A stretch of DNA of 61,889 bases from Candidatus Saccharimonadales bacterium (GCA_038245195.1 JBBRSU010000004.1:1-61889), one strand, 5' to 3'. Numbered from the stretch's first letter, positions 43,410-53,624 are shown. Numbers and translations: made by a program. Notes: a model not told the origin generated them from the sequence alone.

Positions 43410-44488
43410 GCAATCAAATAATAACTGTTAATGTTACCAATCGAACAATTGTTAGAACAATACTCTGGGTAGTTGCTACGATTACTCTTTATCACTTTGT
43501 AGGACGGATTTCTCATGGCCTAACTCTAATATTTGCCTCGTTCTTTCTAGCCCTAGCTCTTAACCCAGTTGTCGGTTGGTTGGGTCGGCATTTGAAAATT
43601 GACAGTCGAGTTAGAGCAACTACTATGGCTTATTTCATGGTAATATCATTCATCAGTCTTTTCTTATTTTTGGTAGTTCCGCCCTTGGTTCGGCAATCAC
43701 GAACCTTTATAAGTAATGTGCCAGATACCATTCAGAACTTCCAGAACCAAGATTCTAAGCTAGCTCGGACAGCTAAGAAATATCACTTTGACCAAAAAAT
43801 TGTCCAGGGATCTAAGAGTTTTGCATCACACTATAGCAATTACGGCAGCACTCTACTGGATACCGGTAAGCGGCTTCTAGAAGCTGTGGCTTCGATAGTT
43901 GCGGTGTTAGTTTTAACTTTTATGATGTTAGTCGAGGGGCCGAGGTGGTTGGAACTATTTTGGGGCATAATGCCGGCAAAGAACCGCGAACATCATAAGC
44001 GAATCGCTCATAAAATGTACAAAGGGGTCACCGGATTTGTCAACGGCCAAGTAATACTTGCCGTAGTGGCTGGTATTTTCGCATTTTTGGCACTTGAAAT
44101 CGGAAATAACATAACTCACGCCAACATTAACGCTATTGCTTTGGCTGGCATTGTTTCCCTATTTGGTCTAATACCTTTATTTGGCAACCCTTTGGCTGCG
44201 ATTATTGTTATATTAGCTTGTCTAATTAACTCAGTCAGCCTGGGCCTAATAATGCTGATTTACTTTGTTTTATATTTCTTTATTGAAAATCACACATTTC
44301 AGCCTTATGTGCAATCCAAACTAAACGAACTCACTGCATTAACAGTCTTTGTGGCGGCTATTTTAGGCGTTGGTTTTGGGGGCTTGATGGGAGCGATTAT
44401 TGCAATTCCCACGGCTAGTGCTATCAAAACACTAGTTGAAGATTACTTTGAGAGACATGATCACCAACCAGCTCCAACTTCAAACTAA
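43406..44488 (+). CDS. AI-2E family transporter (PerM/UPF0118)
   Basis: 360 aa, about 8 TM helices with the family-typical layout, including the GLIPLFGNP and AIPTASAIK regions. 4-nt overlap with the upstream gene. Confidence 0.75.
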   Translation: MSNQIITVNVTNRTIVRTILWVVATITLYHFVGRISHGLTLIFASFFLALALNPVVGWLGRHLKIDSRVRATTMAYFMVISFISLFLFLVVPPLVRQSRTFISNVPDTIQNFQNQDSKLARTAKKYHFDQKIVQGSKSFASHYSNYGSTLLDTGKRLLEAVASIVAVLVLTFMMLVEGPRWLELFWGIMPAKNREHHKRIAHKMYKGVTGFVNGQVILAVVAGIFAFLALEIGNNITHANINAIALAGIVSLFGLIPLFGNPLAAIIVILACLINSVSLGLIMLIYFVLYFFIENHTFQPYVQSKLNELTALTVFVAAILGVGFGGLMGAIIAIPTASAIKTLVEDYFERHDHQPAPTSN

Positions 44489-44498
44489 GAACCAGCTA

Positions 44499-45887
44499 CT
44501 ATACTCGACTCCAGATTGTTCTATCTTGGCTGTCATTAAGCTCAATGCTTTTCTCGAGTAGTAAGTCGCGGATTTTATCAGACTCGGACCAATCCTGGTT
44601 TTTGCGAGCTCGAGTTCTGTCTACTATGAGTTTTTTGTCTTCATCGCTTAGATCTAATCTATTTGACAGCTCGAGTCCCAACACAGCATCCAGTTTTACT
44701 AGAAACTCATGGTCCGGAGTATTGTTCTTATCAGATATGATTGACGATAACCGGCTGAGAGCCAATGGAGTGTTGAGATCATCGCGTAAGGCATCTTCAA
44801 TATCATTTAGCGAAGCTTTTTGGATAGATGAATCAATTTGAAAACTAAGATCAGACCAAGATTGAATTCGTTTCAAAAATTTAGCCGAAGCTTCGAGTGA
44901 GTCCCAGGTAAAATTAGTTTGAGTCCGATAATGTGATTGTAGGAATAAAAGCCTTAGTGCTAAGGGCTCAATATCTTTATCAATCACATCTTGAAGCCGA
45001 TAATAATTTCCAAGCGACTTCGACATTTTTCTACCATTAACTAACAAATGTTCGTTATGTAACCAATAGTTAGCTAGCTTTACGTCAAACGCCGCTTCAG
45101 ACTGAGCAATTTCATTAGTATGATGAGTGCCGATATGATCAACGCCGCCAGTATGAATATCAATTGGTTCACCGAGTGTTGCATGAATGATAGCCGAGCA
45201 CTCTAAATGCCAACCCGGAAAACCCTCTCCCCATGGGCTATTCCAATGCAATGAGTGATTAGCGAATCTCTCGACCGTAAAAAACCATAGTGCGAAATCT
45301 TGTGGATTTTCTTTCTGATCATCGCTGACTACCTCAGCTCTAGCCGCTACTTCTTTGTCGTCCAGCTTCTGTTCAGTTAATTTGCCATAGTCAGGTAGTT
45401 TACTAGTGTTAAAGTAGATCGCCTGCTTAGTCCTATAGGCAATGTCTTTTTCGAAAAGTAATTTAACAATCTCGATCTGTTGATCAATAAAGTCGGTTGC
45501 TCGAGCATATTTTCCATGTGGCCCCTTATAAGCATTCGGTTCCAGTATATTAAGCAAGGAAATATCATTTTCAAAAGCTTTAATGTAAAAATCGGCAACT
45601 TCACTGACAGTCTTCTGCTCTCTTAAAGCGCCTTTTTCTAATTTATCATCACCTTGATCGTCATCGCTAACCAGATGTCCTACGTCGGTTATATTCATGA
45701 CATGCTTAACGTTGTAACCGGCGTTAGTCAATATTCGGCGAAGCGTATCGTCAAATACATAAGCCCTTAGATTACCTATATGGCTGTAATCATACACAGT
45801 TGGACCACAGGTATATAACTTAACCTCATTTGGGGTGATTGATTTGAATTCTTGGAGCTCTCGGCCTAAGCTGTTAAATAGCTTCAT
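44499..45887 (-). CDS. cysS: Cysteine--tRNA ligase
   Basis: The class I signatures HIGN and KMSKS, plus the CGPTVYD N-terminal motif. Confidence 0.95.
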   Translation of the reverse strand: MKLFNSLGRELQEFKSITPNEVKLYTCGPTVYDYSHIGNLRAYVFDDTLRRILTNAGYNVKHVMNITDVGHLVSDDDQGDDKLEKGALREQKTVSEVADFYIKAFENDISLLNILEPNAYKGPHGKYARATDFIDQQIEIVKLLFEKDIAYRTKQAIYFNTSKLPDYGKLTEQKLDDKEVAARAEVVSDDQKENPQDFALWFFTVERFANHSLHWNSPWGEGFPGWHLECSAIIHATLGEPIDIHTGGVDHIGTHHTNEIAQSEAAFDVKLANYWLHNEHLLVNGRKMSKSLGNYYRLQDVIDKDIEPLALRLLFLQSHYRTQTNFTWDSLEASAKFLKRIQSWSDLSFQIDSSIQKASLNDIEDALRDDLNTPLALSRLSSIISDKNNTPDHEFLVKLDAVLGLELSNRLDLSDEDKKLIVDRTRARKNQDWSESDKIRDLLLEKSIELNDSQDRTIWSRV

Positions 45888-46893
45888 TTTTTGATTCTAA
45901 ATTATCGAGTAGTTGGGATGCTAGCCTTATGAACTCAGCTTTAATCTCGTCATAATTTTCATCCATAATCTTAAAACCTGCAGCGTAGGAGTGCCCACCA
46001 CCGCCGAAGTGCTCAGCAAGTTTATCGGCTATCCCCTTGCCATAATTGCAACGCAACTTGCCGGTAATTCGACCATCCTTATATAACTTGAAAGCAACCG
46101 CGATGTCGGTGTGCTTCGCCATACGCATATCATCTAATACCAGCATCGGTGGGTTATATAGAGGGCTAAATTTATCAATTTCGTCCTGAGGTATAACTAT
46201 AAGAGCAATCCGGCCTCCAGAGTGGAACTCGACTCTCTGTAAAAGCTGGCCCTTATAGTGAATTAGTTCTGGTTCACGACGCATAGTTTCTCGTCTAGCA
46301 CTCTCTAAGGCCGCCAAACTAACCCCTGCTTCAACCAACTCGGCAATTATGCTTATTGAGCGAGCGGTTGTGGCCTCCGAAGTAAGCCCCAAACTATCAC
46401 TCATAATTGACATTGCCAGTAGTTCCTTCGACGCCAAGTTTAACGACCATTTAAGGAGTAAGCTCAGTTCATAAATTACTTCACCAGTGGCTACGGCCGG
46501 CCAATTAATTATCAGGGAAGCAAAACTGATAGTTGGCTTAGTAGCATGATGGTCGATAATAACCGACGGTTTGGCGGCTACCCAAGCTTTTGAGCCGGTT
46601 TTATCTAGCTGTTCTAATAAACCGTCGCTACTGGTATCGATAATGAAACTTAAATCGAACTGCTTAGGTAAGTCTTTAACTACTCTATCCGCACCGGGCA
46701 TATAAGTAAGATAGCTTGGTAAATCAACGCCGCAGTACAGAACAACCTCTTTGCCTTGTCCGCCTAAGATATGTTCTAGTGCCAGTGAACTGGCCAGACT
46801 GTCGCTATCCGGATTATCGGCTTGAATCACTACTATCTTGGAGGCCGAACTTATTAGTGCTTTTAGTTGGTTAACTTGCTCGTCCTTAGTCAT
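45874..46893 (-). CDS. DHH/DHHA1 phosphoesterase (NrnA-like oligoribonuclease / pAp phosphatase)
   Basis: DNPDSDSLAS, IIDHHAT (DHH) and GGGGHSYAAG (DHHA1) motifs. 14-nt overlap with cysS. Confidence 0.8.
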   Translation of the reverse strand: MTKDEQVNQLKALISSASKIVVIQADNPDSDSLASSLALEHILGGQGKEVVLYCGVDLPSYLTYMPGADRVVKDLPKQFDLSFIIDTSSDGLLEQLDKTGSKAWVAAKPSVIIDHHATKPTISFASLIINWPAVATGEVIYELSLLLKWSLNLASKELLAMSIMSDSLGLTSEATTARSISIIAELVEAGVSLAALESARRETMRREPELIHYKGQLLQRVEFHSGGRIALIVIPQDEIDKFSPLYNPPMLVLDDMRMAKHTDIAVAFKLYKDGRITGKLRCNYGKGIADKLAEHFGGGGHSYAAGFKIMDENYDEIKAEFIRLASQLLDNLESKNEAI

Positions 46894-46924
46894 AATTGTC
46901 TATTGTAGCAGTCCCTAGAGGCTC

Positions 46925-47533
46925 TTAAACCGTTTGTCTGCCTTCTAATGCTCTAGTTAACGTTATTTGGTCGGCGTACTCCAAATCGACCCCAACTGGC
47001 AGGCCTCGTGCTAAGCGGGTAATCTTAACTGATTTACTGGCTAACTTTTGCATGATTAGTAGGGCTGTGCTTTCACCCTCTACGCTAGCGTTAGTCGCTA
47101 ATATAATCTCGCTAACATCGTCGTCATCGACTCGATTAATTAGTTCATGGATGCGAAGTTGCTCGGGCCCAACATTATCAATTGGTGAGACTAAACCACC
47201 TAAAACATGGTAGGTACCGTTAAAACTATTAGTCTTTTCCAGCGCCACAATATCAAACGGGTCGGCCACTACAGCAACCAACTGTTTATCACGTTTAGGG
47301 TCGGTATATAATGGACTGAGCTTTTGGCCGGCTTCAATTAAGGCAAAAGTTTTGGGACAATAAACTATTTTTTGATGTATATCGGCTAAATCATCTGCTA
47401 ATTGCTTGGCTTTTGACGAATCAGCTTTTAGCATGAAGTAGGCGAACCGTTCGGCAGTTCTTGAGCCAACCCCAGGTAACTGGGATAGCGATTCAATCAA
47501 ATCACTCAAAGACTTAGGTAGTACATCAACCAT
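46925..47533 (-). CDS. recR: Recombination protein RecR (zinc-finger cysteines lost)
   Basis: HhH motif LPGVGSRTAERFAYF and Toprim region YHVLGGLVSP...ILATNASVEGESTA. Only one Cys sits where the C4 finger normally lies. Confidence 0.9.
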   Translation of the reverse strand: MVDVLPKSLSDLIESLSQLPGVGSRTAERFAYFMLKADSSKAKQLADDLADIHQKIVYCPKTFALIEAGQKLSPLYTDPKRDKQLVAVVADPFDIVALEKTNSFNGTYHVLGGLVSPIDNVGPEQLRIHELINRVDDDDVSEIILATNASVEGESTALLIMQKLASKSVKITRLARGLPVGVDLEYADQITLTRALEGRQTV

Positions 47534-47542
47534 CTGGTCTAG

Positions 47543-47836
47543 CTAGAGTCCCAAGTTACCCAGTGAGCCCATTAACGGTTGCATTTTTTCGGCTGCCAGC
47601 TTCTGGCTTTGGTTTATGGCTTCTTTCACCGCCTCTTCTACCCAACCTTCTAGTTGTCCAATATCTTCCAGGTCTACATACTCGGCGTCGATATTAATTT
47701 TTTTAATTTTCTGCTCGCCACTAATCTCCACTGTGACGGCACCTTCACCTGCCTCAACTACTATTATCTCATTCTGGAGTTCTTTTTGTAGTTTACGGGC
47801 TTTCATAACCATTTTTGCTTGGTCAAATTTACTCAT
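47543..47836 (-). CDS. ybaB: YbaB/EbfC-family nucleoid-associated protein
   Basis: 97 aa. The MMKKAQKLQ-like N-terminus (MVMKARKLQKELQ), GAVTVEISGEQKI, and its position upstream of recR. Confidence 0.88.
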   Translation of the reverse strand: MSKFDQAKMVMKARKLQKELQNEIIVVEAGEGAVTVEISGEQKIKKINIDAEYVDLEDIGQLEGWVEEAVKEAINQSQKLAAEKMQPLMGSLGNLGL

Positions 47837-47857
47837 TATCTGCTCCTATTACATCTG

Positions 47858-49051
47858 TTATTTTAGCACGTATGTTGATTTTGTTGAGGCTGCATTCGGC
47901 CAGGCTACCAATGAGTAACGTAGCCCATAATATAGTTGAGTTAAGGTTACGAGTGCAATCAATACTAATGCAAATGATTTTGGAACCGGATTGCGTGGAA
48001 AAATGACTCGCCATTCGATATATAAATATCGCAAACCAGCAGAAATAAACACTGCAGCCGCCGGAACACAAAAAATTAAAAAGGAGAAATTATTATTGAA
48101 CCCAGCAACTAATACTCCAAAAATAACGGGCAGTCCCAGGATAAGAGTTTTAGACCTGGCGGCAGCCCACATGGCATAAACGCCGAATACGATAAGTGAC
48201 AAAAGTAAAATATTAAAGACCGGAAGACGCCCAAGCACTAAGCCGGTATCGGTTCCAGTTTTTACGAATAATGAAAAAATCATCCAGCCCAGGTTCTTTA
48301 AGATCGCTAGCGGTGAACTGAGATGTAACGGAATAAGCAACAAGTTTTTTATGACAGTGTGGTGTCTATAAATCCCATAACCAAGTACAGCTAAACTAGC
48401 TGCGATCAATAGTGATCCCAGCAGGCTAATCCAAGGTGAAACTTCAGAAACTATCGAGATAATCTTCTTCCTGGTAAGAATAGAAGCACCAACAATCCAC
48501 CACAAGATTCCAGGAGAGAATATGAAAATAGAGAAGCTGGCTAAAAGAGACAACCAAGCCCAGTGTTTATGACGGTCGGTTTTTAGGAGCCAAGCATACA
48601 GCCACATGAACACTATCGGCGATAACAGCAGGATATCGGCAGATGCTTGACGAGTGTAAATTACTACAATTGGTAAGCTAGAAATAATAAGTGTACCGAA
48701 TATTCCTACCAACCTGCCGAACCAATTAGACAGTAATTTATAGAAACAAAAACAAAAGAATATACCAAATACCACGGATGATAACCTCAAGCTGGCCGGA
48801 CTTGTATGCAGAATAGTAGTTAATAGATGCTGGACTAGTTTATGGGGTGCGTTGATCGGGTTCTCATAGATTGTCCTTAAGTTTTGGCTGTCTATTTTAG
48901 CCTGATATTCATTTACTGATAGACCCGGTAAAAGTCTACCTAAATGCCATAAGAAAACTATAAAGCTAGCTATCAGTACCATTACGAACGGTATTAAGCT
49001 GCTCAAAGTTGGCCACTTTACTCTGGATTTTATAGCCCTAAACATTAGCAT
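47858..49051 (-). CDS. Polytopic membrane protein, GT-C (ArnT/PMT_2)-like by topology only
   Basis: 397 aa with at least 10 hydrophobic helices. No firm catalytic motif was identified. Confidence 0.4.
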   Translation of the reverse strand: MLMFRAIKSRVKWPTLSSLIPFVMVLIASFIVFLWHLGRLLPGLSVNEYQAKIDSQNLRTIYENPINAPHKLVQHLLTTILHTSPASLRLSSVVFGIFFCFCFYKLLSNWFGRLVGIFGTLIISSLPIVVIYTRQASADILLLSPIVFMWLYAWLLKTDRHKHWAWLSLLASFSIFIFSPGILWWIVGASILTRKKIISIVSEVSPWISLLGSLLIAASLAVLGYGIYRHHTVIKNLLLIPLHLSSPLAILKNLGWMIFSLFVKTGTDTGLVLGRLPVFNILLLSLIVFGVYAMWAAARSKTLILGLPVIFGVLVAGFNNNFSFLIFCVPAAAVFISAGLRYLYIEWRVIFPRNPVPKSFALVLIALVTLTQLYYGLRYSLVAWPNAASTKSTYVLK

Positions 49052-49066
49052 AAGTATATCAATATT

Positions 49067-50428
49067 CTATTCGAAAGGTTGTTCGTGCGATAAGTCTAAA
49101 TCTCTAAATCGCTGTTTATCTCTATCGAAGAAGATACTAATGTTTTTAGTTGGCCCGTTACGGTGCTTTTTAATGTGTAGTTCGGTTATATTAGGATCAG
49201 CGCTTTCGTCATAGTAATGGGGCCGGTATATAAAGGCCACAATGTCGGCATCTTGCTCAATCGCACCCGACTCCCTTAAGTCGGCTAATTGTGGGATTGG
49301 TGGGTTACGACTTTCAACGGTTCTACTCAACTGAGAAGCTGCAACTACTGGAACGTTAAGTTCCCTGGCTAGTATTTTTAAACTGCGACTAATTTCAGAA
49401 ATTTCTTGAACTCGATTAGACTGAGCGGCGAACCTTGAGCCACCACTCATTAGCTGTAAGTAATCGACCATAATGACTGCCAATGGGTGTTGATGGTGCA
49501 GTCGGCGGGCTTTGGTTCTTAGATCACTGACAGTGATACCTGAGGTGTCATCTATGAAGATCGGAGCTTCAGCCAGTTCGCCCATTGCCGCACTCAATCT
49601 TTCAAAGTCGTTATCATTTAGACCTTCGCCTGTTCTCAATTTCCAGGCATCGACACCAGCTTCGGCAGCCAGCAATCGATCTACTAACTGTTCTTTGCTC
49701 ATCTCTAGACTGAAGTATAAGATCGATCCCTGCTTCGCCTTAGTAGCGATATCCAAAGACATGTTTAACATTAGGGCAGTTTTACCCATTGATGGTCGAG
49801 CGGCCACAACTACCAGATCGGAGCGCTGCAAACCGGCAATTACTTTATCCAAGTCCCTTAAACCGGTCGGTATGCCCCTTATGCCGCCTTTGTTACGATG
49901 CAAGTCGTCTAACCTATCAAAGCTATCCCCTAGAATGGATTCCAGACTAGTGATATCTTGTTTGACGTGTTTTTGACTAACTTCAAATAATCTGGTCTCA
50001 GCTTCCTCTATTAACTCCTGGAGACTTTTGTTCTCGTCAAAACTAACTGTAGCGATATCTTCAGAAGCCGCTATCAGTCGACGGCGAATGGCTTTTTCGG
50101 CCACAATTTCAGCGTATTGTTCAAGATGAGCGGCTGTGGGTACGGTATTAGTTAATTCGGTGAGAAAACTGGCTCCGCCGATCATTTCAAGATAGCCATC
50201 ATTTTTTAGCTGTTCGCTAAGGGTTAAAATATCAATTGGGCTTCGCTTATCGTGTAGAGTTTTCATCGCCTTAAAGATAGTTCGGTGTTTGCTATCAAAG
50301 AAGTCATCGTCTTGGATTTGGTCGCCAATTTTTATAAAGGCATCAGTATCAATTAGCAAGCTTCCAAGTAAACTGGCCTCAACATCAAGGCTCTGCGGAG
50401 GAGTGTCGGTACGCGGTGTTCTGGCCAT
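49067..50428 (-). CDS. dnaB: Replicative DNA helicase DnaB
   Basis: PPQSLDVEASLLGSLL N-terminus. Walker A ARPSMGKTA, Walker B VIMVDYLQL, and the SQLSR motif. Confidence 0.95.
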   Translation of the reverse strand: MARTPRTDTPPQSLDVEASLLGSLLIDTDAFIKIGDQIQDDDFFDSKHRTIFKAMKTLHDKRSPIDILTLSEQLKNDGYLEMIGGASFLTELTNTVPTAAHLEQYAEIVAEKAIRRRLIAASEDIATVSFDENKSLQELIEEAETRLFEVSQKHVKQDITSLESILGDSFDRLDDLHRNKGGIRGIPTGLRDLDKVIAGLQRSDLVVVAARPSMGKTALMLNMSLDIATKAKQGSILYFSLEMSKEQLVDRLLAAEAGVDAWKLRTGEGLNDNDFERLSAAMGELAEAPIFIDDTSGITVSDLRTKARRLHHQHPLAVIMVDYLQLMSGGSRFAAQSNRVQEISEISRSLKILARELNVPVVAASQLSRTVESRNPPIPQLADLRESGAIEQDADIVAFIYRPHYYDESADPNITELHIKKHRNGPTKNISIFFDRDKQRFRDLDLSHEQPFE

Positions 50429-50431
50429 AGT

Positions 50432-51856
50432 TTAAGCTCCGATCACTTCGGCATTACCAAAAATATTACTAATCGTTTTACTCGTCTGGACGTTTGGGGC
50501 GTGCTCTCTCGAATTACTGGCTATAAGCGGTTTATTAACTTCAGTTTCTATCTCTATCTTACTACCCCAAATATCTTGAATCAGTTTTGCTAACAACTCT
50601 TTATTTTTAGCCTGTTCAAGTTTCTTTTTATGTAAAGGAAACTGAAAGCTTAGCACCAATTTACCATTGGAATAGTTTGGTTCGGCTAACCTCAGAGCAG
50701 TGTAAACTGAAGCGTCCTCATGTTTTGAACGCAATATTACTTGTTCCCACAAAGACATGTCAAAACTATCGTTTTTTGGGATGATTAGTGATGGTACTGT
50801 TTTTTTGTCGTCTAATTCTGTCACAGCATTCTTCTCGGTCTCTGTTGTTGTGCTAGTGATATGGGTTTTGGGATTTTTAGACTTTTCTTCTTGTAGCTTA
50901 ACGGGTTCTCGCCTAAGTGTTTGTAGTAGTATGACTTCTAGTTTCTCTTGGGGTCTGGGGCTTGTCGATACCAACAGTAGGTCAGCTAATAGCTTAATCT
51001 GCCAACTATCGATGGTATCGCTCAGTGCTAGCTTACGGAGCTTATCTGCGATTGCGTTTGCTACTGCAACAGCGTTGACACCCTTCATTTCAATGACTTT
51101 TAGTATAGTTAAGATTTCAGAGGTACTGTCTGAATTTATAGCTTTAATTAAACCTTCAATTTCTTGGGTTGGCGGCAAACCTAGCAACGAACTTACCTCG
51201 CCTAGACCAATCTTCTTGTCGACAGAACTTAATTGATCAAGGTAACTAATACTATCCCTAAAACTGCCCTCGCCAAAAGCGGCTAGTAGTTCTAGTGCTT
51301 CTTGAGAGATACTGATTTTTTCCTTAGTGGCAATTTCTTTTAAATGCTCAGTCACCTCAAACTTATTAACCGATTTGAATTCAAAACGTTGAGTTCGGCT
51401 TATGATTGTTTCAGGCAGTTTATGAGCCTCGGTAGTGGCAAGAATAAAAATGCAATGAGCCGGCGGTTCTTCTAATGTTTTTAGCAATGCATTAAAGGCC
51501 TCTCTAGTTAGCATGTGGACTTCATCAATAATATATACTTTATACTTTGACGAGGTTGGAGCTATTCGGACTCGGTCTCGTAGTTCACGAATTTCGTCAA
51601 TTCTGCGATTACTGGCAGCATCGATTTCGATAATGTCGAGGTGGATTGTCTCATCGACATACTTTAAGTCATTGACCTCGTGGGCTAGTATTCTGGCAAC
51701 ACTGGTTTTACCAACCCCCCTGGGCCCGGTAAATAGATAGGCGTGGCTAATTCTGCCAGTTCTTATAGCATTCTGAAGAGTCTTAGTGATGTGGTTTTGC
51801 CCAACCACCTCATCAAAAGACTTCGAACGATACTTCCGATATAACGCCTGTCCCAT
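50432..51856 (-). CDS. dnaX: DNA polymerase III subunit gamma/tau
   Basis: YRKYRSKSFDEVVGQ, GPRGVGKTS, the DEVHML Walker B, and the SRTQRF sensor motif. Confidence 0.93.
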   Translation of the reverse strand: MGQALYRKYRSKSFDEVVGQNHITKTLQNAIRTGRISHAYLFTGPRGVGKTSVARILAHEVNDLKYVDETIHLDIIEIDAASNRRIDEIRELRDRVRIAPTSSKYKVYIIDEVHMLTREAFNALLKTLEEPPAHCIFILATTEAHKLPETIISRTQRFEFKSVNKFEVTEHLKEIATKEKISISQEALELLAAFGEGSFRDSISYLDQLSSVDKKIGLGEVSSLLGLPPTQEIEGLIKAINSDSTSEILTILKVIEMKGVNAVAVANAIADKLRKLALSDTIDSWQIKLLADLLLVSTSPRPQEKLEVILLQTLRREPVKLQEEKSKNPKTHITSTTTETEKNAVTELDDKKTVPSLIIPKNDSFDMSLWEQVILRSKHEDASVYTALRLAEPNYSNGKLVLSFQFPLHKKKLEQAKNKELLAKLIQDIWGSKIEIETEVNKPLIASNSREHAPNVQTSKTISNIFGNAEVIGA

Positions 51857-51916
51857 TTGCTTTATATTATAGATGCTAAACAGCAGTTAGCCTGTTGTGA
51901 TTTAACCCTATTAGAC

Positions 51917-52429
51917 TTATAGTGCGGCTTCGAGAGCGGCCCACTCGGCATCTACCGATGTGTCTTCTGGAACATTCACGCTAACTTGATCGCCAGGCTT
52001 GGCCTTAAAGTAAGTAACGCTCGCCAGTAATACTCGATATTGGTTGTCATCTACATCTACGAAGTAATGTCCGTCTTTTTGTTGTAGTACCCCAACTACT
52101 TGGCGCCTGGGTATTGGCCCAATTTGCTTATACATAAAAGCCCCATCGTCGGCGATTGTTAGCTTCAAGATATCTCCTTGGACTAACTTGGATTTAGAGG
52201 CATAGTTAGCCGGGACTGGGTAGGTTTTGCTATCTGAGCCAACCATATTTTGGCCATCAAAAACTCCTTCGATAACTTTACCCAAAGCTTTATCGATAAC
52301 TTTATCGGTTAACTCTGAATCATCGCCCACTAGACTAATAAGCAGCTCTTTAGTGGCTGCTAAGGCGGTTTCGGCTTCAGCTATTAAAGCTCGGAGTCGT
52401 TTTATTTGCTTCTCTGGAATGTCTGCCAT
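51917..52429 (-). CDS. Conserved-looking hypothetical protein (coiled-coil N-terminus plus beta-rich C-terminal domain)
   Basis: 170-aa ORF in a tight gene array. No recognisable family. Confidence 0.5.
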   Translation of the reverse strand: MADIPEKQIKRLRALIAEAETALAATKELLISLVGDDSELTDKVIDKALGKVIEGVFDGQNMVGSDSKTYPVPANYASKSKLVQGDILKLTIADDGAFMYKQIGPIPRRQVVGVLQQKDGHYFVDVDDNQYRVLLASVTYFKAKPGDQVSVNVPEDTSVDAEWAALEAAL

Positions 52430-52543
52430 TTGTTTTAGTTTCCCTCAACCTCTCTATAGGTATTTGTTTGCCTATATTCAACCCAAAAATACCATAGAAA
52501 ATATGCTAAGTCAAAAAAGCTGTCAAATTCTGTGGATAACAAC

Positions 52544-52577
52544 TAAAAAAACCGCCTAATTTTTACATAAGGCGGTT
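52544..52577 (-). terminator. Rho-independent terminator after rplL
   Basis: Stem ACCGCCT (52551-52557) / AGGCGGT (52570-52576). On the minus strand it is followed by U7 (plus-strand A-run 52544-52550). It lies 14 nt downstream of the rplL stop. Confidence 0.8.
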
Positions 52578-52590
52578 TAGTTAATGTTGC

Positions 52591-53019
52591 TTAAGCTAAT
52601 TCTACACTAGCACCGGCGTCTTCTAGGGCTTTCTTAGCTGTTTCGGCTTCTTCTTTACTAACTTTCTCTTTAACAGCTTTAGGTGCACTATCAACGATGG
52701 CTTTGGCTTCACCCAATCCTAGACCAGTTATGTCCTTTACGGCTTTAATGACAGCGACCTTTTGAGCTCCGGCGTCCTTGAGTACAACGTCGAACTCAGT
52801 TTTTTCATCAACAGCGACACCGGCTTCACCGTCAACCGGGGCAGCCACGGCCATGGCTGGAGCAGCGGCTGATACACCCCAATACTCCTCTAGAAACTTA
52901 ACGAACTTGGAAATTTCTAAAGCACTCATTTTATCAAGATGCTCTACAATTGAACTAAATTCTTTTGGAACTTCGACTTTTTCAGTCTTTTTTTCTTCTT
53001 TTGATTCTGATTCGGCCAT
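52591..53019 (-). CDS. rplL: 50S ribosomal protein L7/L12 (about 20-aa acidic/basic N-terminal extension)
   Basis: [11 protein letters not shown] hinge. [41 protein letters not shown], and EDAGASVEL. Confidence 0.95.
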   Translation of the reverse strand: MAESESKEEKKTEKVEVPKEFSSIVEHLDKMSALEISKFVKFLEEYWGVSAAAPAMAVAAPVDGEAGVAVDEKTEFDVVLKDAGAQKVAVIKAVKDITGLGLGEAKAIVDSAPKAVKEKVSKEEAETAKKALEDAGASVELA

Positions 53020-53033
53020 TATATTCTCCTTAT

Positions 53034-53564
53034 TTAACTTAATTGATCAGCTCGGGCACTCAAGACGTTTAGAACGCCTCTTATATTGCCAGACAGCACA
53101 TTTACAAAACCGCTTAGCGGGGCACCGATTGTGCCTACCAGTTGAGCTCGAAGCTGATCCTTAGACGGTAAACTAGCTAAAGCTTTGACATCTTCGGACG
53201 ACAGCATCTGACCTTCGGCGTTAATCGCCCCAACAAATTCTATTTGGGTTTCTTGTTTTGCGAAGTTTGCTAAGACTTGAGCTGGAGCCACTTCATCTTC
53301 AGCGTTAAAAGCGTAAATCAACTGACCGCCTAAAATTGTCGTATCGACAGCTTTAAGATGATCAGTCTTGGCCAAAGCTTGTTTGACCAGTCTATTCTTT
53401 ACTACTTTGATGGCTGTGGCGTTTTGCTTAGCCTGTAATCTAAGTTCCTGCATTGCTTTAACTGATGTGCCGGAATACTTAGCAACTACTGTAAGCTTTG
53501 AGCTATTCAATAGCTCACTAACCGTTTTAACAACTTCGGCTTTCTTATCTTTGCTTAATGCCAT
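53034..53564 (-). CDS. rplJ: 50S ribosomal protein L10
   Basis: 176 aa. The L10 pattern (KKAEVV...[13 protein letters not shown]...VVKNRL) and its position upstream of rplL. Confidence 0.93.
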   Translation of the reverse strand: MALSKDKKAEVVKTVSELLNSSKLTVVAKYSGTSVKAMQELRLQAKQNATAIKVVKNRLVKQALAKTDHLKAVDTTILGGQLIYAFNAEDEVAPAQVLANFAKQETQIEFVGAINAEGQMLSSEDVKALASLPSKDQLRAQLVGTIGAPLSGFVNVLSGNIRGVLNVLSARADQLS

Positions 53565-53624
53565 AAGATAACCTTTCTTATTAATTGAAATATGTATTAC
53601 GTAATTGTTAAACTGCGTAGCCTA

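Noticed and set aside
51857-51916. An SRP (4.5S) RNA gene, which often precedes dnaX.
   Set aside because: The gap is only 60 nt and shows no extended hairpin with the conserved GGAA/AGCA domain IV loop motifs.
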